From contig CM060731.1 of the NCBI GenBank assembly GCA_030704615.1, positions 43,834,001 to 43,898,000 of the forward strand: DNA of 64,000 nt. The letters are read 5' to 3'. Shown one piece after another: positions 1 through 14,400 of this stretch. A program made the translations under genes and the position numbers. This DNA comes from Takakia lepidozioides (Eukaryota > Plantae > Bryophyta). Positions within the stretch are counted from its first letter, which is position 1. Each line of letters starts with the position of its first letter. The notes under the pieces were generated by a model. The model was not told the DNA's origin and made no database searches. It saw only the letters and a list, made by a program, of their open reading frames with translations.

Positions 1-2079
1 TTCTGTAGTGGGAACCTCACTAACAGCAAGGATGGAAAAGTCAAGTTGGAACAGGCAACCCTGATTTCTTTCCTGCACAATGGAGCCACAGAGGTAGAGT
101 ATCAGTCCTTTCGTGCAGCCTTGAAAAGTAGCGTTCTTCTCCAAACTACACATCCTTGGTGGGTGAGCTGGTCCTTATACATGTGAATGGAATAGAGCCC
201 ACCCCCCAAGGGGAGCAGTACCCACATGGGGAAGAGGCTTATTTCCTCTAGCTCCGGTTGGCGTCATATATATTTGTGTGTGCGTGTGTGTGTGTGAACG
301 AAAGAAAACTGGGTGATGGTGATTTCCTTGAGGTTCTAATTCATTGGAGGAACCAGGTGTACCGATCATATATACATTGAGAGACCACACGGATAGGTTG
401 GGAGAAAAGAAATGTGTGGCGTACCCCGTCTCCGAGGGTTCTCATTTCGACAAGCCAGAGCCTTACCCGGAGTAAAGATGCAGAAATTGCTTTCCTAAAT
501 ATTCGGGGGGCTCAATGGTCCAGATCTTCCTTCAAGAACGTAAGAGAAAAAGAAATGTAAGAGAAGAAACAAGGGAGCACCTTACAGATCTGTGAGGCCC
601 CAAACAACCTTAAGAAAACTCTGCCATTTGAGGCCCCTCAAAATACAAAGGAAAATTTCTGCATGTGCTTTACGGATTGAATTAGAGTATACATATCATG
701 ATCTGCAAAGGGAGGATTGACCATGATTTTGATCTACAGATGTAGAAAGAAGGAAGCATGCATTCAGTATTCATTTTCATCGGACAGTCTTTGGGCATTA
801 GACATGGCTTTGGCATTTCTTCTGGACTAATATTCAGATACTTGAAAATCTCTTCTACCCTTTAGCCTGTTTAACAGGCCGGTCTTGCTTCCAAGAAACA
901 GTTTATCTCAGGGTATCTGGTATTAGGCCTGCAATTCATCTCACCCCACCATATGAGAGAGAGAATGTACTCATAAGACATTGTTTGCCGTAGCCTTGTG
1001 GCCATTGCCCCCGCACCCAGTTTGAGCGGAACACAAAGGGACAGAACCTACCTTTGTCAGGGCTGACGCCGGTAGTATGACTTACCTTGGAACAAACAAT
1101 TGATCCGGGTTCTTCCAGATATCCTCTAGAAATTCCTTCACACAAGCATCAATCTGCTGTGTGTGGTTTGGCAAGGAAATTGTGCCTGTACCTCTGTTTA
1201 CCAACTTTGAAGTCTTGAAGGGTTAAAGGGCCTGGGCTTTTGGCTCAGCCTCAAGACTTCAAAGTTGGTAAACAGAGGTACAGGCACAATTTCCTTGATA
1301 GATTTGAGGAGAGCGTCTCTCTGGTGAGAGAACCCCGGACAATGAATCAGAAAATGAATATTGTCTTCAGGTTGCCCACACAACAGGCACTTGCACTCTC
1401 CCTTTCCTCTCTGCTTCTGTTTGCTGTTCAAAGGTAGGCTTCCCGCCCTGAGTTTATATTTCAGTCTAGTGCCGAGAGTGGCTAGACCCTTGAGGCCATC
1501 CATGATGTCCTCAATCATATGAGAGAGAGAACTCAATACTACTATTATCGTGCCATTCAAGTTCTGTTAGCAATCACCTTATTGCAGAAAGCCAGTCCTG
1601 GTCTCAGATCTTTCTCAGCTTCATCATTTGGCATCTCACTTGATCTCTCCAATTCCGAAGCGTACAAGAAATTCCCGGTCCAACTTTCTGCCCCTCTCCC
1701 TCACTTTTCTTATCTCTGTTTGACTCCATCTCTCTCCCTTGATTTTTCCCTGTCTCACACATGCACCAGTGACTTGTCAGAGGAAAATCTCCATCCCAGC
1801 CGATTATTCGCCCTATTATTGGTTGGTATTGGAACCGTTGGAGGGGGTCTCTTTCGAGATATGCTGTGGGCAAAGAATTCCTCTCCAGAGGCTATCTCCT
1901 CTCACCGAATACTATTTGACAAGGTGCAAGGTCTGAGGTCACATGCACAGTCGATTGCTACACATCTGCCTCTAGTGAAATGTCATTTTCATGCACACAC
2001 AAACTATAGTTTTTCCCTCTACCTCTCCCTCTGGTCCTACAATATGCCTGTGTAGCTCCCAAGAAGGCTGAACTTGTAG
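1..2079 (+). CDS. 3' part of an unidentified multi-exon gene. Exons 838-912, 1588-1661, 1770-1923 and 2056-2079, plus a probable upstream exon within 1-162.
   Basis: Four GT-AG bounded exons join in consistent phase: ILENLFYPLACLTGRSCFQETVYLR/KASPGLRSFSASSFGISLDLSNSEA/DLSEENLHPSRLFALLLVGIGTVGGGLFRDMLWAKNSSPEAISSHRILFDK/LPRRLNL*. Family not recognised. Confidence 0.6.
966..1515 (-). mobile_element. 5'-truncated LINE fragment (C-terminal zinc-binding region plus 3' end), intronic, family copy 1
   Basis: Encodes LKYKLRAGSLPL...CLLCGQPEDNIHFLIHCP. Flanked by 16-bp TSD CATATGAGAGAGAGAA (950-965, 1516-1531). Homologous to 21088-21592 and 43158-43838. Confidence 0.85.
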
Positions 2080-2931
2080 TTATACAAGAGATCAAATATA
2101 CACACGAAGGACACCGCCAACGAGTGGGAGCAGCTGCTGAAGTTATTCAAGACGCTACCCAGGGAAGTTTTGCCTTACAGTTTGAGCAAACTAATTCAAG
2201 GATGCCAAAATTTGAAAAGAAAAATAGGAAAAATCAGGAAAAATCATACAGAGCATGTCACCATTATCCAAGCAGTGTTGCCCTTACAGTAGGGCAAAGT
2301 CTGGGCCAGCTCAAACTGCCACTCCTCCAACATAACACAGGAATTGATGACACAACAAACCTGGGATGATGAATACAGTAATGGAGCACCAATAGGACAA
2401 CCACTGCGACCAGGGATGATGCACGACAATCCCCTCTTTTTCTGGTGCATTTCTTTCCATTCCTACATCCCCAGGCTCATCAAATACCTGAAAAAACAAA
2501 CATGGCCTTGAGAGCAGGCAGAGTGGTCGCAATTGGGGTTCCCTGGATACACACAGCAACTACGTCAGAGAAAACAACAGGAACCAAAAGTGAATATATT
2601 TCAATTACTTAGGTAGCCAACAAGGGTGCCTACTCTAAAACAATTATAATGTTTGTCATTTCACCACAGAACATGCTGAAGCTTTCCATTAGTCCACCTT
2701 CTCTAATGCATCTCTTTTTCTCTTCCATTGGTCGTGTTCTTTTCGTTTCGTGGACATACCCTTGTAGTTGTGCTCTTTTATTCTGCAAACAAGAGTGTGG
2801 AGTTTTGTATGAGTTTTGGAGCTTCAGATCGTTTAAAATGCAGATGTAGGGTGATTCGCTACCATACTATCTCTGGCTTCAAAATTGAGCTGAAAAGAAA
2901 TGCCTCCTCCATGCCTTCTGGGAGAAAAGGA

Positions 2932-2983
2932 TGTATTCATAAGATGGTGCTTGCCGTAGCCTTGTGGCACATAGACCCTGCGC
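2932..2983 (-). mobile_element. ~50-bp 3'-end remnant of the same LINE family
   Basis: tgtattcataag...ttgccgtagccttgtgg matches the family 3' terminus. Flanked by GGGAGAAAAG / GGGAGAAGAG in a GA-rich tract. Confidence 0.65.
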
Positions 2984-5252
2984 ATGAACAAGAGGGAGAA
3001 GAGAGAGAGAGAGAAGAAAAAGATATACTTGCTGGACTTCGCCAAACGGGTGAGAATCTCTCCTCTGCATCATGCTTTCGATTATGTTGGGAATGACAAT
3101 GGCTGTGCAATATGACCGTGGAATTTTTGAGGCACAGTCCTTGGCTGCCTATGCTGGGCGATATCTTAACCCATGAGGGGTACTTTCAAAATCACTTCAC
3201 ACAGAAGGATCAATGAATTCAGGTTCTGCCTTATCCTGCGTCATACTTAATTTTGAGCTTTAGTACATGGGGAAATTGCAAGCCTCTCCTACAGCTCAAC
3301 CAAAATATGTGAGGAGGAAGGTACCTGCAATCTCCTTTTTGCCTCGGTAAGGCTGTGTGAGCTGTGTGAGCTGGTATCAGTACAGGTAGCCATCCAAACA
3401 CCTGGGCCAACCAAAGGTTAGCTTCACTCTAGCAGTTATAGTGGTAATACTGGTAAAAAATCCAATGATAAGAAAACTGTTACTAAAGGATTGGAGACAC
3501 CTAGTTAGCAATACTCACCTTTAAGTCAATGGATGCTCTGGAGATGACTGCCACAGACGTGCGCCTCCAAGGGGACATTTTCAGTGGCTACTTGTCCTTC
3601 CATATCAGGCAAGGGCACCACCATTAGATCAGAAGGCTCACTCCAGGTGAGCTTCACCTCTGTTTATCCATAGGAGCACAGGACAAGGTGGTTTCACAGT
3701 AGAAATACTGGGAGTGCACAACAATCTTTCGACTTGCCATGCTTCTTAAGGGAAAGAGTGGCACTTAGCTTTGTAATCTCATGCATTTGCATGTCCTAAC
3801 CCAGAAAAGGACAGATGCTGGGGTTGAGCCTCATGGCATGTCGCCTGTGGATGGTCTTGCACAACCGCTAACTTTTTCTCTGGGTAAGCCGTGGATGGAA
3901 CAGTCATGTTAGAGAACAATCCTGGGGAGGTTTGTTTAAGTGGTCAACTTGCAGGGGATGGGGAAGACGTCTTTCCTGATAGAAACACTGGTAGCACACT
4001 TCAGAGGAAGAGTGGCAACATGTGCTTCCAGTGGGGAGCCTCACAAATGTCAAGAATGTTTCAGTCCACAGCTCTCCCTGATGTAGACTTCAGAACATAC
4101 TCCATATACAGGTCAAAATGACACCCTAATCTGCCTGCCCATAGCAGATGAGGCGTTGTACATTACATTACAAGTAAAATGTTGTAGATATGAGTTACAC
4201 TTCTCACAACGTCCCAGCCACCCTAGTTCCCATGAACACCGGGCGATTGGATTAGAGAGCGGCAAGGGCTAGAGAGTTGGGGGGGGGAGTAACAGCGATG
4301 CTTGTGATGACTCATCTTGGACCCAGACTACAACTTGGTAATAGATGGATTTTTCCCCCGGGTTGGAGAGACATGCAACAAGCCTCTGAAGAAGGATGTA
4401 TTAGTATGCCAAGAAAGACTGGTTATCGCAGATCTCACCTTGAGCTTCCAGTTCTTCCAGTAATAGCCCCCGGATGCTGGCAAGAAGAAGACTGCAAAAG
4501 ACTGAACTGTGTCACTGGCAGCAAACATACCCACTGACGCACATGAGAATTTCACACAATTCCAACTACACAGAACATTCCAGATAGTAGCAAATTGGAT
4601 GGTTTGCAGTTTAGTCCACTAGGGCAGATCATATCATGGAAGAAACCATGTTCCATGTCATCCCCAGTACAATTCTCCAGATAGCTTATCCTTCCTGATG
4701 AAGCATGTAACCAAACTGGACCAGCAAAGCAAGCAAGAACAGGTTGCACACATCAATTGAAAATCTAGTCAACCACGCTGTATCTAGTCAGCAAGAATTG
4801 TAACCAGACAAACATACAGAAAATGGATGCAGAAACGTGTGTCAAAGAAGCCAATTCCGTTCCTTGGCTCAATCCAATTTATTACTTACAGAAAAGTATG
4901 TGAAGGATGTCTCAACTGTGTATGAAACGTCCTCTACTATGGAAGGTCACCTCCTTAGTCTCTATACATGGTAGGTGCAGCGGTCTAATTCCAGCAATCT
5001 AATAGAAGAGCCCTCTTCGGATCCTACAGCTCGCTTGCGCTTCTAAAGATCGGGCCGGAGGCTGACACCAGTGAAAATTATGATCTCAGTACAGTTGTGG
5101 GGAGCCGCGGGCCTAACTCGAAATAGGCCTCATTTCAGATGCCATAGGCATTGCATGCTTTCATGGTGCCAGACATGGGATAAGGTAGCCGTGGTGTTGT
5201 GTAGATAGGGTAATCAAGAATGTCCTGGTCCTCAACCTGCTTGTGATGGAGA

Positions 5253-6951
5253 CTACAGGATGCTTCTCTTCTTTCGCAGTAGAAATGCTCCACCTCTCCC
5301 ACGTGCAAGGGAGCTGAGGGTAGAGCCCTTCACTTCAGCAAGAAGGGATACTTTGGTGCGTCTTAGCAGTTCACCGCACTGCTTCGTTTCGGGAGTGATA
5401 GGGCGTACGTCTCTCCAATGTAGACTGCAAGGGCCTTTGTGCGGAGATATGAAAAGGTCACTCATTTTCCTCTCGTAAGGCGAGAGCCACTTAGCGCACA
5501 TGTATTCGAGCGTCCGCCATGGTGGAAGATGCATGGAGTTCTGCTTCAAAGAGACTTTCGCAGCCTCAGACATGATTTCCAAAACCTGCTCCAGATCACT
5601 AGTTGTGCCGACGAAGACTGTCGGGAGAGGTTTCAAGGCGGCCATGTAATGCTGGGTGGGTCTGGCAATTTCGAACTGCGCTTGAAAGTCGACATCGACA
5701 ATCAATCGCTTCGCCACTTGGTCTCCATCAAACACGACATCAATGTACTCGTACTCTCCTGCACGATGAGCAAGTACAACCCGTGTCAATTACACACCCA
5801 AACCGCTTAAATCGGCAGACAACCACTCTCATGCGTAGCAATGACAAACTGGAGACGCAGGAACCGTTTTTGAGATGGAGAGGACCGAGTGACACCTCTC
5901 TCGGTACAATCCAATGTTTACGTAATGCAAAGATACCCAATTCATAGTTTAGGCACACAACTGCACCGCCATGCTAGCCGTTTAGCAAAGCCTAAAAACG
6001 ACGTCGATGATGTAGACCAACACGGATACAATGATAAAATGTAGAAACGAAGAGCGAAAAAGCCACCTCCAGGGACTCCGCCAGAAGATTGCCATTTCGA
6101 TTTGCAAACTGCAGCATTGTAGCCCGCAGCTCGCAAGTATTTCACCACAACTCGCTTGGTGCAACCTCCCTTGCATTCCGCCCCTTCAGCGGTGTTGCAA
6201 ACCAGATCGGTATCTTCGTTGATGGCCAGAACCAGAATTGTCACATTGCAGAGAAGGTCCCTCTCCAGGGATCCAGCAGCTGACGTCAAAACCTGGACCG
6301 ACATCGAACGATCTTGGTTAATCGGAGTGTGCCAGCAATCAAGGATAAATCAGCTTCTACATGCAACGGAACCGTTTGACCATCGACATGAACGCCAAAC
6401 TCTTAACTTCCGCCCCAATGTCTACACCCTACTGCAGGGAAACCAAGATTTTTATCACCTAACCAATACGAAGGAGAACTCGACGCGAGAATCAGAATTT
6501 CTTTGACAGGGTGATTTGAGGCTACCTGCAAGCGCTCGCAGAGCGCTGCAATGCTTGGAGATCCGCCATCACTGTCGCTACCATCGTAGAAGTCGTGCAC
6601 TGTATCACTTTCGATGAAGTCATGAACCATGGCCGCCAGGTCTTCACTGTCGTTACTACCGTTACATTGGGCCGAGTCATTACCGTTCATAAGCCATTGC
6701 TTTGGGCTCAAGAGACCGGCCTGTGGCTCCTCTTTGCCTTTCAGCATCCACCCAGCCTGAAGTTGCGGAGGGCGCCATGCTTTGTGTTTGTTGGGAACGA
6801 AAGGCAGAGCCTCAACCGCTGGTAACTGTACATGATTCAGATCTACAAAATCCCACGCATAATCTGTGTCGGGAGGCGTATACAGACCGCTGTGGTAAGG
6901 GGAATTCCCATGCGTACTGAAGGGAGGTCCCAAATAACGGAGGCCCGGCAT
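5253..6951 (-). CDS. DUF506 (plant PD-(D/E)xK-like) family protein. Exons 6951-6526, 6292-6067, 5758-5253.
   Basis: DUF506 motifs DLAAMVHDFIE, LRAAGYNAAVCKSKW, GEYEYIDV, RLIVDVDFQAQFEIARPT, LPTVFVG and MHLPPWRT..YM.AKWLSP. GT-AG introns are phase-consistent. Confidence 0.92.
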
Positions 6952-7859
6952 TCTGGAGACGGAAGGGCGCGAAATGGTGAACCTTTAAAAAATGGTTCTC
7001 AGATGGAAGATTAGCCTAGGAATCTCCGGCCTAAGATCGGTAAAGAAACCAACGCTATCGAACAAGGAGAGCAACGGATATCAAACGCTGCAAAACAATC
7101 ACCTAGATATAACTTACGCTCCTTTCCAATCTGTTCAAGATCAAGGTATCCTAACTTGAAATCTCCTCAAGATCTGAACCTCACACGCCCCGATCTCTCA
7201 CAATCGCATAAACGACCGGCAGGGGAGGGGAGGATTCACAGCAGCAATCTGCAAGATTACTTCCTCCACAAGCTTCAAACCCCAGTCTAGCAGATCAAGC
7301 AGGCAACTGATCAATGGTGATGAAAAACGGGTGAGTCATCTTCTGCTGCTCACAACTCCTCCTCTACACATCCGAAGTCGCTGCCGCCGCACAGATCGCG
7401 GACCTTACAGTCAAAATCAACCTACAGACTCTACGAGCGGCGAGTGGGTCCAAGCTTCCGTCAACCTCTACTTACACAACTCCCCTCTCCCTCTCTCTCT
7501 CTCTCTCTCACTCTGGCAGCAGCAGCAGCAGTCGTGCAGGCAAGCAAGAGCAGCGCACAAGCGATGAGGGAGGGGGAGAATGGCAGTGGGCGGCCATGGC
7601 TAATAAAGGGGAGGCCTCGCAGCAGCGAGCGAGCCAGGGAAAACGTACGGGGGCAACGGCAACCGGCTCACCCTAGGGCCGACCCGCCCCGTGCTTTCGC
7701 CGGGTTCCCCTACGCCACACATACGCTAGGGTACAAGGGTCGGCGAGCAAACCCGGGGCTATCATTGCGACCGGGAATCGCCAGAGCCGGCGAAACCCCC
7801 TGCAGAGGGAATCCGTGCAATCGCCAGGCGGGGGGGCAGCCCGGTTGGGGGGGTGTAAA

Positions 7860-10800
7860 GAGACACGTGGCGCGAAGCGATTGCGCATGAAAGCTACAGA
7901 CCCAATGAGCGCGCGGGCAGCCCAAGTTGCGTGCCTCCTTTTTACCGCCCGTCCAATCGGAGTAAATAGTAGATAGTAGAGGGCAAAGTAACCGCGGGTG
8001 AAGTGGGTGAGCTGCCCTCGCCTAACTGGGCCGTGGCTCTTGCTTACTTACCCTACGCTGCTTCCGCTGACCCGAGGAGGGTTATTAGTAAGTGGCTCTG
8101 ACCTCAGGTCGGCGGCAGTGTAACTTAACCCCACGAGGTGAGCGTAACCGGTGGTCACGGGGGATGGACAGGCGAGTAACCGCTATCAATTATCCGTTGG
8201 ATTTGACAGGTACGGTCCGTTGGTTAATTACAAAAGTACGTACGGCGGGGCTGGCTTTGTGAACGCGTCACGCGTGGCCTCTCCTCCCTCACTTGTTCTT
8301 TGCTCTACTATACGCTCCACACTACCCTCTACATCCATCGATCCACCCCCTGCACCCTATGGACGGGATGGAATGGGCCCGGGCTCGTCGACCATGCGAT
8401 TCTTCACGCTACGAACTCTTCAGTTTTGGTGCCACACACAAGCAAGCAAGGCGCTTGTTTGAGTGCACGTTCTAACTTAGGGTTTGCGCATCCATCCATC
8501 CATCCTAGTAGAAGGGAATACGAGTGAGGCATTCAAGGAAACGGAACGGTATAATGGTACGTAGCAAGGGGGTGGTACGATGCATTCGAGTGGGCAGGGA
8601 GAGTGATACGTTTGTAAAACAAGGAGTGTGGCCATGCAGCAAAGAATAAAATAAAACAAAGGAAAAGACGGGTGTGCATGGCATCTGGGTGGCACGTAGG
8701 CAGAGAGGTTGGGTAGAACGAGCAGGTGTAGTATGTAGGGCGTCCAACCGCAATTAAACGCAGATTTAATAACTAGATTACGCAACAGGGCCTGATAATC
8801 GCCTGGACACAAGTACCGTCGCCGTCACTGAAGTCCATCGCGTGCGGGCCGAGGCGACGGCGTCAGTCCGTCAGACCGCCCTTTTTCCTGCTGGGAACCG
8901 CACACGCTAACCAACCACTGCCGCACTAGAAAGGCCGCTAATCGCACTCACGCACTCGCATTAGCGCGATCAAAGCGCGGCTTGCTCGCTCGCAAGGCTA
9001 AGCAGGGGGGTATGACCCAAACAAATGTAAGGAAATGGTGCGGGAGAGAGTCGGGCAGTAAATTGCGGACCAGATCTGACGTCCAGATTCTGGTTTGCGA
9101 GCTCGGGAATGAGCCGTACGCTTTTAGGTGGGGCGACGCGTACGACGAGCTCATCACCACCTGCCCCGCTATCTCCTTTCCCCGATACTACACTGCCGCA
9201 CTGTAGTTTCATTCATCCAGGGAATCATTCATCCGCGCTGAATTTCGATATAAACCATAGGTGACGTCGGAGTTATCCGGGGCCGGATATTTACTGCCGT
9301 ACTGTTCCACGTGGAATCGGATGATTACCGCAGCGGCGATTGAGGCACTTGAGGCCGAAACCCGCAACCCTGGTTGATCATCATTCGGGTTAGGTACACA
9401 TATACTTACACATGGATAAGTAGCTCGAGCCCAGGTCGGCTATATTTACTAGGTATGTGCGTGTGGGAGAATTTTTAAAGTGTTTGGCGAATTGAAAGGT
9501 GTGAGGGCGAAGAGAATTTGTTAAGAGAGGAAATAAGAGCAGGGGATTTAAAAAAGAGATGGATTTGTGAGGAATCTGTTGCGTTGCGATAGATGAATAA
9601 ATGACGAAGGGTTGAATAATGGAGGGGAGGATATAAAACATAGCGAGTGGTTATGGGGCAGGCATGGCAGCAGAGTGGCGGACGTGAGAATGTGAATGTG
9701 GACCTTTAACTAGACCTCATCCCGTATTCCATTTATAGGGCTCACGTACATGCCGATAAGGCAGGGCGTGGGCGCGCGCTTTATTTACCCCACTGCCCCC
9801 TGCGAGCTTGGACTCTACTGCCCTCCACAATCATTACTTTATTCACGGGTGGGCCCGTCATATCCACGTCTACCCAGTCCCGACTCACCCTGGACTATTG
9901 TATTTTATTCCACGGGTGCGTTACGCGGAATATTGCATCGCTTCCAGACTCGAGCTCAGTGTGTCTTGCGCTTACTGGTCGTGAGACGTGCAAGTCTCCT
10001 CAGATTTATGTGGAGCATGTCGAGTGGTATTTGTGGATATGCAACCAGGATTAGAAATTACAACACTGTATGTATGCAATACTCGTGAGATGGACACAGT
10101 TACTATAACATCAACATACCGATCAGATATTCTATTTCAACCCTCAGGCTAGCTAAAGTTTGCCCTCTAAGGCTCTATCCTGTTTTAAATTTTAAATTGT
10201 TTAGCAAGTCATTAAACCGAGTGAGTACTTAGTTATGATATTACAGTTTAAAAAAAGTAAGAAAAAAAAGGTATTCTAAAAACAGAGACTTGTCACCCAG
10301 CTCAAGTAGAGTTATTTTGGGAGTAGTGTTGGGAGAGGACGAGATGAGTTAGTTAGTTACAAGTGAGGTGGATGTAACTTATGATTAGGTCTGGGTGTAT
10401 GTATGCCTTGGACGTAGCAACCATGCACTCATCATTTGCTACCTACCACCTCCAATGCTACCACCCATTTACTCTGTTGCATATCATACTTACTCCCACA
10501 GGTGACTCACCTTGGCCAATTTTGATCTTTTGTGTTTTTGATGCATGCAATTGAAGGTCTTATTACAAAAAACAATGAGTGTGCTTTGAAGGGCACTAGG
10601 GTTGAGGTCCCGGGCTCAAAATCCATTCAGATCTCATCAATGGTTAGGATCCGTCTCTGAGGAAATTCTAGTCTAGTGTGTCACTCCGTCTCAAAGGACT
10701 ACTGCCCCTTCCGTTGCAAGGTGGGTAGTTTGAACCCTAGATCTCCGAGATATGTCCGGGCAAAGGCACAAACACGAGACGATCACTAGGCTACTATACC

Positions 10801-13800
10801 GGCCCTAGTATACTATAAGGAGGGGTCGTAGTGAACCTGCAAATGATGGATACCTATATATGTATATGACGCCAACTAAAGTTGTGAAAATGATGGATAC
10901 TTTGTCACAAGCATAGTTCTGCTGTTGACAAATATTCGAGGAGCGGTTTTCCTAAAGGTTCCCAGGGGGAGGCCAGGGGCGGCTATCCGCAAGGGCCCAC
11001 GAGCCGACTTTCTTGTAGTGACGCTTCCGTAGTGTGTTTCTTTAGGAGGACTTCGCTTCGCTAAACAGTTTTGAGGCCCATGTACGACAATTCTCGATGC
11101 AACAAAGTGCGGACGTACTTGTTGGTGACAGCTTGTATGGGGGTTCTTGCCTACATTACACATAGTCCTTACTCCTTTTACATCACCGCTTTCTGGGGTG
11201 ACCCAGGTCGAGGGACTTTGGATGAGTGATTGGAGTACGTGTGGCATCCGGTCGTCAAAATATCTCCATTAGACCTCCATATATCCTCTCACAAATGTAG
11301 GTTGTTAAGATCTTCGCCCCAAGTTGCGGAATCGGAAAATGCCACAACTTGCAAGTGAAGCCCGAGCAATAGTCTAAAAAAACTAGTGGGGAGCGCACAT
11401 TCAAAAGGATGGACCAGCGAGAACGCCAAAGTGGGCAACGCCGCGCGTGCCCGGGCCACCCTTTTCACGTGGCCCTGCCCCACCACGCGACCAGGCGTTG
11501 TGTCGGGCCGCAGGAATATGAGGCACCGTCCGCCCGTGGCTGTGCGCCTTAATTCAGGGCACTCATCCCTGCCCCGCATTTCTGCCTCCCTATCACCCCT
11601 CAGATCACCGGGCCCCACCCTCGGGTAATATTTAGCCAAAGCGCCTGCGCCAGGACCCCGCAAATATCACGCCTATAAACCTGTCCGGGCCCCTCATGCC
11701 CGGCCGGGTCGGCTGTCCGGCACCCGACCCCACTATCTAGAGGGTGGCCCACCCTCTGCACGCGCCCCCATACAACCAGGTCCTCTAAAAATCATCAACG
11801 TATTTCTTACAATTTTCATGAATATTTGAGTTCCACTATTTGCTCGTCATCGGTCCCAACTTTCGACCTTGCAGGTGCCCCCGGACGGTTTTGTCAACCG
11901 ATTCTTCCCCCCATTAGGCCCGAATAATAGGAGTAGGAAGTTGGAACCCACTAAACAAAAGATTACACAAACTTCGGGCAAGATTGAGACCGGGAGTGAT
12001 CTTCGGCTGTGCAATTTCACGCTCTTCTTCGACTGGATTCTGCGTGCGGAACGTGTTCGTTGTATCTATGGACGCTTTAGCCAGCACGCCACGCTCAAAG
12101 ATGTTTGTCAACTAACACGTTTCTGTTTACTGTATATCCATTTTAGTTTTAGATTACACTTTCGGAGCGGAAACAAAACTAGTACACTACACTACACGGC
12201 ACTGGGGATCCATCATAAGTGAAAAGAATTTTTCGCCAAATGATTTGGTCTGTTTTTATTATCGGAATCCCAGGTTAGATTAAGTTCCATTAAGTTGGAT
12301 AATCACCCCCTCCCGAAGGGGGGGATTAGGTATGGGCCGGGTGCTCGCCCCCCCTCCCTCAAATACCGAATTTATGTCTATCACGGAATTTGCCTTCAAA
12401 TGATGTTTTCTGTTTTTTTCCCCTTAACCGGTAACGTTATCATCCAAAAGCGGAAAGGCACCGGATGACGGGACATTTGTCATCCATCTCCTGACGGACG
12501 CTTTATCGATCATGGAACCAGTCCCGCAGCGGCAGCGGCCACAGCGACAGATCGGCGAGGCCGACGGGGATTTTGTGAAATGATGTCGCCCGTCGCTGTC
12601 CCGCAGCTTTTGCAGAGAAATTCCCCGCGCGGGTGACGGCGGGTGACGCCACGCCCGCCCCTGCCCCCGCCCGGCCCGCCCTACGGCCGTCCCGCGGGGT
12701 GGCGTCACCCCGCCCGTCCTTCCGTCAGACGCCCTGTTGGCGCCATTGATGGCGCTGCCCCACCCGCGCCTTGCCTTTCCGACACCCCACGTGGGCACCA
12801 TCCGGACCGTCCCATGATGGCATCGCCGCATCTGGACCGCAGCTGCAAAACAGCGCGGGCCCACGCAAATCTACATCAAAAATGGTTTGAATATGCGTCC
12901 AAAATGTGGCAGTGCATCATCGTCGTCATCATTCTGCTATTTCACAATCATCACCCCCCTCCCTCCACCCTCCATGCCTTCTTTTACCCCCGCCTCAAAT
13001 TCTTCAGACGCAGTGGGCCCGAATCGCAGTAATGGACGGGGGTGCTGCTTACGCTAAACAGTTGGAAGGGTGGGCCCAGTTTAGCTGACGTCCGAGTTGG
13101 CGGACGGGGCACCGGTCAAAGTTAGCAGCAGACGGCGATAAATGGTGTAATGGCGCCCTAACTTTAGCCGACCCCGTCTGCTGTCGTGCCATTACCGCCA
13201 TCCCTCCCTCTATGTTTTGCCTCCCCAACTTTTCTTGCTCGATCGCTCTCTCTCAGACGGTAACATTAGTATTATGAGCGCCGAGTCGGGGTGGGGGACA
13301 CGCGCGGTTAGCGAGCATAGTTAAGTTAGCGGCAGGCCTTTGGCTTGCCCAACACGACTGCCGCGCCAGAGCGGCCTCATAAAGGGCCCGGCCGAGTGGA
13401 GCCACCCGGCCAGGTTCTGCAACTACCACGTGTCCGGCTCCGGCGCTGTACTCGTCTTTCCTGTACACAGTGGGCACACGGCATATACACTGCCGGGCCC
13501 ACGTGTCCCGCCAACCGGGGTCACCCGACACAACAGACACGTGTCCTGCGACTGATGCGTGGTAACCGGCGCTCCAGGGGCGGGCTATAGCCAGGTTTCG
13601 CCGGTCAAGGGCGAGGAGGCATTAGTTCCGCGTGGTTGCGGGGGGGGGGGTAGCGCATGATTACACTCTACGCTCCACGCGCCGCACATAACCGCGTCCC
13701 GTTTTTGTGCGTGCACTGTATATATTTACGTATTTGTGGGATTTGGTTGGTTGCCCCGTGACTCCAAACGTTGCTTTTGGCATTGAAGCGCGCAGGACAA

Positions 13801-14400
13801 AGAGGCGAGGGAGGGGGAAATCCGTTGGCAATACGGTGGCGTAAGTAGCGCAGCGTCGAAGCGTGTACGGCGATGTCGTCATACACGCTGTGCGTGCTCG
13901 TGCTCCTGCCGTGGTCACCGCAGGTCAGCGTGAGCCCGCCACACGCCCTCAACCGGCTGGCAGCGGTCGGGCAGGTCAGCCTAGACCGGCTGCAGCAGAC
14001 GACTCAGCAGTTTTGAAATGGTGCGCGACGAACGACTTCCGTCGCCAACATTCATTCCAAGGCGGTTGACTAATGAATGACGACGTTCATTCAATCATAC
14101 GTCTTGACTCTCGCATCCGCTTTAACCGACAGCACCCTAACACGTGGCGAATATCGGCTCTGCAGCAACTTGGCGACTTGGCGAGGCGCGGTCGCACGTG
14201 CCGGCGTAACCCGGTCCCTGCTCGTCATTATATGCCGACTGTGCCGACTCAGCCCCGCGCCCGGGGACTGCAGACAGCGTATCTAATAGCGTATCTATAC
14301 GCAGCGTGGATGAATGGATCCGGACGCGATGAATGAATGACCCGGGCCGGGGGCAGCACGTAAAGCGTGAACCCGTGATCTGACACCCTGGGCACGTGTC
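7860..14400. promoter_or_regulatory. Long GC-rich region upstream of the DUF506 gene with many G-box/ABRE-type motifs
   Basis: CACGTG cores at about 7865 (GACACGTGGC), 9308, 11467, 12788, 13427, 13500, 13538, 14141 (ACACGTGGC), 14195 and 14393. No credible CDS. Function untested. Confidence 0.35.

Noticed and set aside
2311-3324. Minus-strand gene from apparent exons (3029-3150 and 2311-2487)
   Set aside because: Splice-like signals exist, but there is no start, no recognisable product and upstream stops. It could be UTR or lncRNA, so it is unsupported as a CDS.
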